Below are positions 56,902 through 64,000 of a stretch of DNA of 64,000 nt, one piece after another (the stretch's first letter is position 1; each line of letters opens with the position of its first letter). The stretch lies in IMG/VR virus record IMGVR_UViG_3300047323_000673, positions 96,001 to 160,000 of that record, one strand, 5' to 3'. This stretch comes from a virus. Position numbers and translations under genes: made by a program. The notes under the pieces are model-generated. The model made no database searches, was not told where the DNA came from, and was given only the letters and a program-made list of their open reading frames with translations.

Positions 56902-57134
56902 ACGCTCTTGTTGGAAACAAGATAGTGGCAACAATCCACGATGAAATATCCTAACCAGATATATTTGTGACACTAGGAAAGACTGGCGCTCTACTAAGCG
57001 ATAATTAGACTTAATTGTAATGGGGTACTGTGAAGCTTGGAGATAAGTAGTAGCACGCAATTGGCCACTGTTGTGTATGCAAATCTTTGAAGAGTGGAGT
57101 CCATGAATTAAGTCTAGTAGTTCAAAATACCCCA
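56902..57134 (+). ncRNA. Candidate structured, pseudoknotted ncRNA (family unknown)
   Basis: Locally GC-richer, no plausible ORF; 11-bp helix 57006-57016/57106-57116 crossed by 7-bp helix 57021-57027/57128-57134 and by 56924-56931/57061-57069; several local hairpins. Confidence 0.65.
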
Positions 57135-57201
57135 AACTATTGATTTCTTTAGGTTGACTTTTTCTATAATTTAAAATAAAACCATATTATTACAAGTTAA
57201 G

Positions 57202-57504
57202 GTGATAATAATGGGCAAAAAGAACGACTTAGATTTACAAACATTCCAAATATATCAGGATGAGGAGACAACAACCCCACCATCTGAAGAAAATATACAG
57301 AAAAAAAAGAAATTTAGTATGCCCTCTTTTGCAAAAAAAGCAAAAGGGTCAAATTCAGTTGATGCAGAGAATAATACTGATGAACATCCATCTGATTCAG
57401 TTTCAGTTAATAAATCAGGTAATGTTAAAACAATATTAAAGGGAATAGGTATTGGTTTTGCAATTGTATTAATAATAGTGCTAGCTGATCAGCTAAGGAA
57501 ATAA
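57202..57504 (+). CDS. Small protein with C-terminal TM (tail-anchored)
   Basis: Charged N-terminus, TM ILKGIGIGFAIVLIIVLA near the C-terminus. Confidence 0.65.
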   Translation: MIIMGKKNDLDLQTFQIYQDEETTTPPSEENIQKKKKFSMPSFAKKAKGSNSVDAENNTDEHPSDSVSVNKSGNVKTILKGIGIGFAIVLIIVLADQLRK

Positions 57505-57521
57505 TTAAACTTTTAAAAAAT

Positions 57522-57549
57522 AAAAAACCTTGTTTAAACAAGGTTTTTT
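57522..57549. terminator. Bidirectional terminator
   Basis: AAAAAACCTTGTTT/AAACAAGGTTTTTT perfect palindrome. Confidence 0.75.
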
Positions 57550-57550
57550 A

Positions 57551-57799
57551 TTACATTCCTGTAAACATTTGGTTGCTAAATAAGATCCGTAATACAGCAA
57601 TATTTTCAGACAAAGAAACTTTAGCATATGGTTTTGGAGAATCTACCTTTTTAAAATAATAAAACCCTTCCACTTGATGAATTTGCTGTAAACCTGGCTC
57701 AAGTTGAGCACCTCCGATTTTTACAGCTTCATCTAAAGTAAAAATTGCAAAATCAATTCTTCGTCCAGCATTTAACATAATAAAAGTTCCCAAAATCAA
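57551..57799 (-). CDS. Small hypothetical protein (start uncertain)
   Basis: 82 aa ORF ending at terminator. Confidence 0.5.
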   Translation of the reverse strand: MILGTFIMLNAGRRIDFAIFTLDEAVKIGGAQLEPGLQQIHQVEGFYYFKKVDSPKPYAKVSLSENIAVLRILFSNQMFTGM

Positions 57800-57848
57800 T
57801 AATCATGAGAGGAATTATACATCAAACCGCCAAATATTAAAAGCAATT

Positions 57849-58544
57849 TTAATATTTTAAATTAAGTAATTTATGTAAAGTAGCATTTTCTTGAACTGAA
57901 CAAAAGGAGCTTTCATATTCATAGTTTTGTCGACTATCAATCTTAGCATGAAGCGGATTAGAACTGTTTTCAAAATGTTGCCCAATAGCATTAATAAAAT
58001 CTGAGCTTTTCTTTTTTAAGATTGATGAGATTTTATCTACTTCATCTTGATTCGTTACATAAAACGGCTGATTAAAATAACTATTAGCTAAATTATTAAT
58101 AAATGGTTTAGCTTTAGAAGCAGTATTGACTTCAAATTGATAATGTAAAAGTTCATGTTGTTCTACTCTTTGTTTAGTACAAGAAAATTGTTGAGCTTCT
58201 TTTGCTATATAAATAATAGGATGAATATTAACTTTTACGATTAATGAAGAAACTGTCATGCAATAATAATTTTTTCCAAGAGATGTAACTTTAAATGATG
58301 GTTGAACATTGATTAATGCATCAGAATTAAATAATCCCAAAAGGTTAGGATTTTTATTGCCTTTCACTGATTCTATTTGTCTGCTGGTATAACCATATTC
58401 ATAATGAATTGGATTCATATTAACTTGTATATCAAGATTTCCAAGAGGTTGTGGACATTCTTGAGCATGTGCGCAATGATTTATAAAAAATATACCTAAT
58501 CCCAAGAATTTAAACAACATTTTACTCATATCTTTATCAACCAT
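57849..58544 (-). CDS. Exported protein with HExxH-like motif (possible Zn-dependent peptidase)
   Basis: Signal peptide ending AHA; VEQHELLH; several Cys. Confidence 0.65.
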   Translation of the reverse strand: MVDKDMSKMLFKFLGLGIFFINHCAHAQECPQPLGNLDIQVNMNPIHYEYGYTSRQIESVKGNKNPNLLGLFNSDALINVQPSFKVTSLGKNYYCMTVSSLIVKVNIHPIIYIAKEAQQFSCTKQRVEQHELLHYQFEVNTASKAKPFINNLANSYFNQPFYVTNQDEVDKISSILKKKSSDFINAIGQHFENSSNPLHAKIDSRQNYEYESSFCSVQENATLHKLLNLKY

Positions 58545-58637
58545 TCTTAATTTTTGTTGATGGTAACAAAAAAATGGATTAAATCAATTTTGACTTTGTG
58601 TATAAAAATTATAAAATTAATAAAAAAAGGAAATATT

Positions 58638-59216
58638 ATGAAGATAAATAAATTTAAAATGTTAGGTGTTGCAACAGTATTAGTTGCCGCAGGATTTAAT
58701 GTTCAACATGCTGAAGCAGCACAATATGGAACTCCAGTTCAACAAGAACAGAAAGTTGAACAAACTGAAAAATTAACCATTTTTAACTTAGTTGGTAAAG
58801 TTATTAAAAAATCTGATCCAGTAGAAAAAAAAGAAGTAGAAGTAGTTGATAAAGGAACAGTTTCTTCAAAATTAAATGATCGTTCAAAACAAGAAGATGT
58901 ATCTAATAACTCAGAACCAAATCAATCAGGTAATATTCTATTAAAAGCTTGGGAAGGAACCAAAAATGTAACTTCAAATTTGGCAGAAAAAGGCAAAGAA
59001 TCATTTTTAGCTGCTAAAGCTAAGGCAGATGCAGAAAATGAAAAAAGACAAGCACAACCTAAAGTTGTTGAAGCCCGTGGACCTAACTTTGGTCAAGTAT
59101 CTTCTGAGGATGTGGTTAAAGCAAAAGATAAGGTTGTAGGTGGAATAAGCAATCTTTTAGGGAAATTAAGAGCAGAGCCAACATCAGAAAATACAAATAA
59201 AGTTAAACCAAATTAA
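58638..59216 (+). CDS. Exported protein, paralog of next (start moved to 58638)
   Basis: AAGGAAAT-ATT-ATG; signal peptide; C-terminal K.KDK...GI...L.KLR.E. Confidence 0.75.
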   Translation: MKINKFKMLGVATVLVAAGFNVQHAEAAQYGTPVQQEQKVEQTEKLTIFNLVGKVIKKSDPVEKKEVEVVDKGTVSSKLNDRSKQEDVSNNSEPNQSGNILLKAWEGTKNVTSNLAEKGKESFLAAKAKADAENEKRQAQPKVVEARGPNFGQVSSEDVVKAKDKVVGGISNLLGKLRAEPTSENTNKVKPN

Positions 59217-59217
59217 T

Positions 59218-59241
59218 AAAAAGCCCCATCATGGGGCTTTT
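59218..59241. terminator. Terminator
   Basis: AAAAAGCCCCAT-c-ATGGGGCTTTT. Confidence 0.8.
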
Positions 59242-59319
59242 TATTATAGAAATAATATTTTTTAAATTTTGACATTAATAATAATTTATATAAAATTAAT
59301 ATACAGATTGGGAAATATT

Positions 59320-59706
59320 ATGAAAATTAGTAAGCTTACAGTATTAGGTGTTGCAGCAGTTTTAATTGTAGTTGGAGTAAACAAATTTGATGATCCTGAA
59401 AGAGAAAGACAATTAGATGCAGAAGCATCTAATTATCACTACATAACTCATGCAGAGGCAACAGTATTATTTAATGAAGCCGTTGATAAAACAAAAAAAA
59501 TCGCACAAGATACTAAACAAACCATTATAAATAGCTATGATAAAAATCTTGAAAGCGAAAAGAAGATACAAAAAGCGGAAATCACCCCCTTACTTACTAA
59601 AGATGATTTAATCAAAGGTAAAGATAAAACAATTGATGGTATTGTAGGATTTTTAGAAAAACTTCGCTCAGAATCACCAAAAGAAAAACATAAAAATAAA
59701 CCGTAA
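59320..59706 (+). CDS. Exported/anchored protein, paralog of previous (start moved to 59320)
   Basis: MKISKLTVLGVAAVL vs MKINKFKMLGVATVL; same C-terminal motif. Confidence 0.72.
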   Translation: MKISKLTVLGVAAVLIVVGVNKFDDPERERQLDAEASNYHYITHAEATVLFNEAVDKTKKIAQDTKQTIINSYDKNLESEKKIQKAEITPLLTKDDLIKGKDKTIDGIVGFLEKLRSESPKEKHKNKP

Positions 59707-59711
59707 TAAAC

Positions 59712-59732
59712 AAAGCCCCATTTTGGGGCTTT
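59712..59732. terminator. Bidirectional terminator
   Basis: AAAGCCCCA-ttt-TGGGGCTTT. Confidence 0.85.
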
Positions 59733-59735
59733 AGT

Positions 59736-60113
59736 TTAAGGTTGGATAGGTGCAGGAAGATTTAACATATCTTCCCAATTTAAATGCCAAGCTTCGCAAT
59801 AAGCATCATAAATCCATTGTCCATTTTGCATCACATATCTTCCGATAGAAAAATTATTATCGTATATCCAAATACATTCGCAATGAATATCTTTGTGAAA
59901 AGGTTTTGTTTCAATAGGATCATTTGGTTCATAAATATGACCTTTCCCCCAAGCATAACCTCTATAACCCATTGAACTTATTTGCTGAGCCTGCTCTAAA
60001 CTAATATGATAAGTATAATCATAACTAACTAAACAAGAAAATTCTTGACCATCTTCAATAAAAGAAAAATCTTTTTTTACCCATTCACATACATAAATTC
60101 TGCCATCACTCAT
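59736..60113 (-). CDS. Hypothetical aromatic-rich protein
   Basis: 125 aa ORF ending at terminator. Confidence 0.65.
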   Translation of the reverse strand: MSDGRIYVCEWVKKDFSFIEDGQEFSCLVSYDYTYHISLEQAQQISSMGYRGYAWGKGHIYEPNDPIETKPFHKDIHCECIWIYDNNFSIGRYVMQNGQWIYDAYCEAWHLNWEDMLNLPAPIQP

Positions 60114-60198
60114 ATCGTTATCTTATTGGTTCATTAAAATATTTGTAGTGTATTAAATTTATTAAGAAAAAGGAAGAGCAAAACGATTATAATTTAAT

Positions 60199-60223
60199 AA
60201 AAAAGCCCATATTGGGGCTTTTT
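60199..60223. terminator. Terminator
   Basis: AAAAAAGCCC-atattg-GGGCTTTTT. Confidence 0.8.
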
Positions 60224-61346
60224 AAACTTTAATAACACGATTTCTACCATTTGCTTTTGCTTCATATAATCCAGTATCTGCTCTTGCTAATGTTTTACTA
60301 AATTCTTCTCCAACTTCATATTGTGTAACACCAACTGAAATAGATACTTTTAATCCATCAATAACCAGTTCAGAGACAGTTTGGCGTAAACGATCTGCGA
60401 AGAGATATGCATTATCTTTATTTGTATTTTTTAACAAACATAAAAACTCCTCACCACCATATCTAGCACATATATCACCACTTCTTATTTGTGATTGTAT
60501 GTGTGCCGCAACAGTCTTTAATACCGTATCTCCCATTGGGTGTCCATATGTATCATTAATACTTTTAAATTTATCTAAATCCATCAGGCAGACTGAGAAA
60601 ATATCTTCTCCCTGATTAGCACGACGCTCTGCACTACTCATTTCATCCCATATAAAACGACGATTATAAATACCAGTTAATGCATCTCTGATTGCAAGCT
60701 CATTAATTTGTTCATGAGCTTTTTTTAATTTTCTAAAAGCACTACGGCGAGAAAGTTCGCCTAATACAATAAAAAGAGTAAGTGCAAATATTAATCCTAA
60801 ATGACTTTCAAAATGAATTTCATACCAAAATGGGTACATTTTTTCAATAACCCAAATGTTATTTCCAAAGGTTAAATGAATACTTAATATAGTGATACAG
60901 TCAATTATTGACCATACTATTGCTGAGCCAATTCCTCCTAATAAAACAGCAATTACAGGAAGAGCACCAAACCATAAAGCGGAGGAAACTAATCCTTTAA
61001 AATAAATAAGCTGACTTAAATTAAGTGCATAAAGGCTAAAAATAAAAAGTTCTCTCGTTAATGTTAAATTGCCAGTTTTTTTATAAATTAATGGGCTTCC
61101 CATCATAAGTAATCCCTCAAATACAAGTCCAATTGCAATACTTGTCATTCCTAGTAATGAAAAACGCACCAAATAAAAAGGGATACAAAAAAGACTCAAA
61201 AACCAAACATAAAATAAATTAATATAATAAGTTGTTTTTTCAGAAGTTGCAGATTCTTCTTTCGGAATAAACCATGCCAAAACAGCATCATGTTTTTTTT
61301 GAAGAGTAGAAAATAAATTTTTAAATTTTTCTTTTATTTTATTCAT
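60222..61346 (-). CDS. Membrane-bound diguanylate cyclase (GGDEF)
   Basis: Multi-TM N-terminus; D.LTG.YNRR, DLD.FK.IND.YGH..GD, I-site RSGD, active site GGEEF. Confidence 0.95.
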   Translation of the reverse strand: MNKIKEKFKNLFSTLQKKHDAVLAWFIPKEESATSEKTTYYINLFYVWFLSLFCIPFYLVRFSLLGMTSIAIGLVFEGLLMMGSPLIYKKTGNLTLTRELFIFSLYALNLSQLIYFKGLVSSALWFGALPVIAVLLGGIGSAIVWSIIDCITILSIHLTFGNNIWVIEKMYPFWYEIHFESHLGLIFALTLFIVLGELSRRSAFRKLKKAHEQINELAIRDALTGIYNRRFIWDEMSSAERRANQGEDIFSVCLMDLDKFKSINDTYGHPMGDTVLKTVAAHIQSQIRSGDICARYGGEEFLCLLKNTNKDNAYLFADRLRQTVSELVIDGLKVSISVGVTQYEVGEEFSKTLARADTGLYEAKANGRNRVIKV

Positions 61347-61567
61347 GTAAATATTCTTTCTTTTAGATAAGATAAAGAATTCTGATTTACATATATAACT
61401 AAAAAATTTATGTATTGTAAATAAGCGGTTTTATTAATAATTACTAATAGTTACTGAACAAATGCTAGATGCATAAAAAATTAGATTAATTTAGAAAAAA
61501 ACTTCTTTTCTTAAGCAATTTAGAGAAATTAATGATATAATAAATTCTTTAATTAATTTTACTAACT

Positions 61568-61939
61568 ATGAAACTATATTCTATTCTTATGCGTCATTGT
61601 GCTCCTAAAGATTGTAAAGAATCTATCGTTGGATATTTTGTTGCAGAAAATGATAATGTAGTTATGGAATATATCAATAAAGAGTTAACTTCAGGTATTT
61701 GGGAAGATAGACATAATGAAGATGGTCTTTGTGAAATTTTGGATGACGATTATAATGTAATTGGCACAGAAACTTATAAAGAAAAAATGCTACGAATTCG
61801 TGGTGAATTTAATGATGAAGATGCGGATTATTCTGATGCTTATTATGGAGTTACCCACTATGGTTGGACTGAAGGAAAAGAAGTATTAAATGAAGAAGTT
61901 GAAACACTAGTTAAACTTGGTGTAGCTCAAAAAATTTAA
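61568..61939 (+). CDS. Acidic hypothetical protein
   Basis: 123 aa ORF, typical codon pattern. Confidence 0.7.
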   Translation: MKLYSILMRHCAPKDCKESIVGYFVAENDNVVMEYINKELTSGIWEDRHNEDGLCEILDDDYNVIGTETYKEKMLRIRGEFNDEDADYSDAYYGVTHYGWTEGKEVLNEEVETLVKLGVAQKI

Positions 61940-61988
61940 GCGGTTTATCTTTATTAAGCTAGTATTAATATATATTTAGGAGAAAAAT

Positions 61989-62489
61989 ATGGAATATACC
62001 AAAGTAGATGTAGAAAAAATTTCGCAAATGATTCAAGATGGTACTTTGACCAAAATGATTGCTGTAAAAAATGTTCCTGTTAAAGCTATTAAATTAACAC
62101 AAGAAGTAGTTGACAAGATTCTTGCTGAAGGTGGTTATAAAACCGTTGTGATTGATGATGAAGGTAAGCCATTTGTAGAAACTACTAATAAAAAAATTAA
62201 TGTTGGTGATATGCTGGTTACTAACCAAATTGCAGGATATGATAACTCATATATTATCTCTGCTGAAAAATTTACTAAACTTTATACAGAAGGAAGTCAG
62301 CCTGATATTTTTAATCCTGCTGGCGAAGATAGAACCGTATATGTAATTCCTAAGGGACTAAATTTGGAATTTGAAGCTCCTTGGGGTGGGGATATGAAAA
62401 TTCGTGCGGGTGGAGTTCTTGTCCCCGATGGTGAAAAATTCTACGGTATTAATCCTGAAGAATTTAAAGCTACACACAGTGTAAAATAA
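61989..62489 (+). CDS. Hypothetical protein, possibly PGDYG-like
   Basis: AGGAG RBS; VGDMLV...YIISAEKF.KLY and APWGG...GGVLV...FYGI..EEF..TH (two similar halves). Confidence 0.65.
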   Translation: MEYTKVDVEKISQMIQDGTLTKMIAVKNVPVKAIKLTQEVVDKILAEGGYKTVVIDDEGKPFVETTNKKINVGDMLVTNQIAGYDNSYIISAEKFTKLYTEGSQPDIFNPAGEDRTVYVIPKGLNLEFEAPWGGDMKIRAGGVLVPDGEKFYGINPEEFKATHSVK

Positions 62490-62490
62490 G

Positions 62491-62517
62491 AAAACGCCAC
62501 CGCAAGGTGGTTTTTTT
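62491..62517 (+). terminator. Terminator with GNRA loop
   Basis: CCACC-GCAA-GGTGG-TTTTTTT. Confidence 0.85.
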
Positions 62518-62570
62518 ATATAATCAATGTTTTTTTATTATTTATTTTTAAATATAAAAACAAGAACATT

Positions 62571-62598
62571 AAAAAAAGCCCCTAATATGGGGCTTTTT
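62571..62598. terminator. Terminator
   Basis: AAAAAAAGCCCC-taatat-GGGGCTTTTT. Confidence 0.85.
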
Positions 62599-62614
62599 AT
62601 TGATATAAAATTTT

Positions 62615-63028
62615 TCAATACGCTACGCCCAAATCTTCTTTTAATGTATTTTTAATTTTTTTCATTTCGTTTATGTAAAATAGAATTACTCCTACTGGAA
62701 TAATAATGGTGGCAGCACCAAAGAAACTTGCTAAAATCAATGCATAGGTTTTAAAAAGACCAAAAGAATTTACAAAAGATCTAAATCCTAACTCCTCAGA
62801 ATATTTTTTGTTTCCAGCTTTTACACCAATAATAATATTCTTATATAATGAAATCGCTACTTCTTGTCCAAGATTCTCATGCAATTTTTCAAAAAGATAT
62901 CCAGTTGAAGTAATTTTTCTTAATTCAGAAATGTCTTCATAAAAGTCTATTGAGCCAACAGTTCCCCATTTTGAAACTTGGTTAATTGTACCTTTTCCAA
63001 TAGACTTAAGTTTTCCAGTAATTAGCAT
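62615..63028 (-). CDS. Membrane protein (start moved to 63028)
   Basis: AAGGAG RBS; C-terminal TM segment. Confidence 0.7.
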   Translation of the reverse strand: MLITGKLKSIGKGTINQVSKWGTVGSIDFYEDISELRKITSTGYLFEKLHENLGQEVAISLYKNIIIGVKAGNKKYSEELGFRSFVNSFGLFKTYALILASFFGAATIIIPVGVILFYINEMKKIKNTLKEDLGVAY

Positions 63029-63108
63029 GTTGTCTCCTTTTGGGTATTTAAGATGATCAAAATATAATATAATGAATTTTATCACTATTTATTATTATTG
63101 TAAATAAG

Positions 63109-63132
63109 AAAAAGCCCCAATTAAGGGGCTTA
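63109..63132. terminator. Terminator
   Basis: AAAAAGCCCC-aattaa-GGGGCTT. Confidence 0.8.
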
Positions 63133-63136
63133 TAAG

Positions 63137-64000
63137 TTAAATTAAATAACCATTTTCTCCTTGATGTATTTTTTGATATATTTGCATATATATTCCATTA
63201 GCTTCTTCACTAGTTAAAGTTCTTTCAATATCCCTAAGAACAATTTTAAGTAAAATATTTTTTTGACTAGAGTTCATACCTAATCTTTCTCTTGCAACTT
63301 TAGGTAAATCCTCATAACTAGTTTGTGCAACAACTTGAATACTTTCTATGATAGATTGAGTTCCTTCAGAAATACTATCAAGAATAAGCTCTGTTAACTC
63401 TTCTTCATTGATTTCTTTATCAATAGCAATAGATAAATCTCGTTTAATTGCAGGTTGATTAGAAATGGCTTTATATTTATTCAAATGGGTCAATTGTTTT
63501 TGAATAAGTGGATTATTAGAGTTAAGAATACGAATGTCATCAATATTTTTAATTATCATGGCAAGTCTTTCTAATCCCATACCTAAAGCTAAACCATTAT
63601 ATTCTGAAAGATGATGATTAGCTAAAAGCTTTTTAGAAATCAAACCACATTCTAAAATTTCTAACCATCTATTTTGATAATAAATTTCTACTTCAATACC
63701 ATCATCAGTATAGTTGTGAGAAGTTTCATTATATCTCCATTGAATTTTCCTTTTATGAACATCTTCAATAACAGAAATAATAGTTTCAACCAAAATAATT
63801 AAATCCTGTCTAGTTTGAGATTGAGATGTGAGATACCACACATCCATTTGATGAGGTTCTCCCACATGGGTTTTATCCCTGACATCTCTACGATAAACAA
63901 TTCCTGGACACATCCATAATTTATCTTCATCTTTTTGATAATTTCTAAGTAAAGATGGAATAACTGAACTCATCTGAGTTCTAAGCATATCATGTTCATT
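63137..64000 (-). CDS. PheS-related class II ligase with fused C-terminal FDX-ACB domain (SrmL-like), 5' end beyond right edge
   Basis: Frame open to the edge (NEHD-MLRTQMS); PGIVYRRD...H.G.PHQMD.W, LEILECG, GLALGMGLERLAM, P...RDLS, KNILL.I..R...RTLT..EAN. Confidence 0.8.
   Translation of the reverse strand, partial: NEHDMLRTQMSSVIPSLLRNYQKDEDKLWMCPGIVYRRDVRDKTHVGEPHQMDVWYLTSQSQTRQDLIILVETIISVIEDVHKRKIQWRYNETSHNYTDDGIEVEIYYQNRWLEILECGLISKKLLANHHLSEYNGLALGMGLERLAMIIKNIDDIRILNSNNPLIQKQLTHLNKYKAISNQPAIKRDLSIAIDKEINEEELTELILDSISEGTQSIIESIQVVAQTSYEDLPKVARERLGMNSSQKNILLKIVLRDIERTLTSEEANGIYMQIYQKIHQGENGYLI

Noticed and set aside
56884-57135. 83 aa minus-strand ORF over the GC-richer intergenic segment
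   Set aside because: No RBS and atypical composition. The plus-strand promoter and long-range complementarity fit an RNA gene better.
34845-59975. Further overlapping track ORFs (34845, 35552, 39080, 39422, 40157, 45615, 46433, 48675, 48707, 49551, 51947, 52490, 53301, 53774, 59784)
   Set aside because: Shadow or alternate-frame ORFs over recognisable genes (nadD, HD, vWA, lemA, TPM); no independent support.
1-64000. Alternative genetic code (TGA = Trp or Gly)
   Set aside because: Only one suspicious TGA. Standard-code ORFs tile the window densely, Trp is TGG in conserved motifs, and TGA ends many genes exactly after the conserved tail (ATGA overlaps).
1-64000. CRISPR array, tRNA, rRNA, tmRNA, IS/transposase, integrase
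   Set aside because: No regularly spaced identical repeats, cloverleaf or T-loop signatures, or recombinase motifs were found by eye; a tRNAscan/Infernal run would be needed to exclude divergent ones.

Overview
Very AT-rich, densely coding 64 kb window with bacterial-type expression signals: sigma70 -35/-10 promoters, Shine-Dalgarno sites and many bidirectional Rho-independent terminators. It has no ribosomal-protein, rRNA, tRNA, CRISPR or integrase/transposase gene and no recognisable virion structural gene. It reads like the accessory region of a very large mobile replicon (jumbo phage or megaplasmid) or of a host-associated bacterium; the window cannot decide which. Left half (1-33.1 kb): two minus-strand, translationally coupled arrays of ankyrin-repeat genes (at least 7, and 17 genes) plus other tandem paralog families. 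31 proteins from at least three unrelated families end in the same tag, an L-x-x-E-L helix, a short linker and [KR]-x-x-K-[ILV]-stop, which looks like a shared addressing signal. Right half: an NAD salvage module (pncB, nadD-like, nrtR-like) with a shared palindromic operator at both promoters, an HD hydrolase, a LuxI/FeeM-fold acyltransferase, a metallophosphoesterase, an Acb1-like 2H phosphoesterase, a membrane-anchored lysozyme-like protein, two RNase H genes (one interrupted by an in-frame TGA at a conserved Trp), SBP/vWA/XpaC-like genes, lemA with two TPM genes, a GGDEF cyclase and a PheS-related ligase cut by the right edge. A ~235 nt intergenic segment (about 56902-57134) behind a near-consensus promoter can form several crossing helices and is a candidate structured ncRNA. 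All family assignments come from motifs recognised by eye; no database search was run. Several start codons were moved from the supplied ORF track using RBS and coupling evidence.
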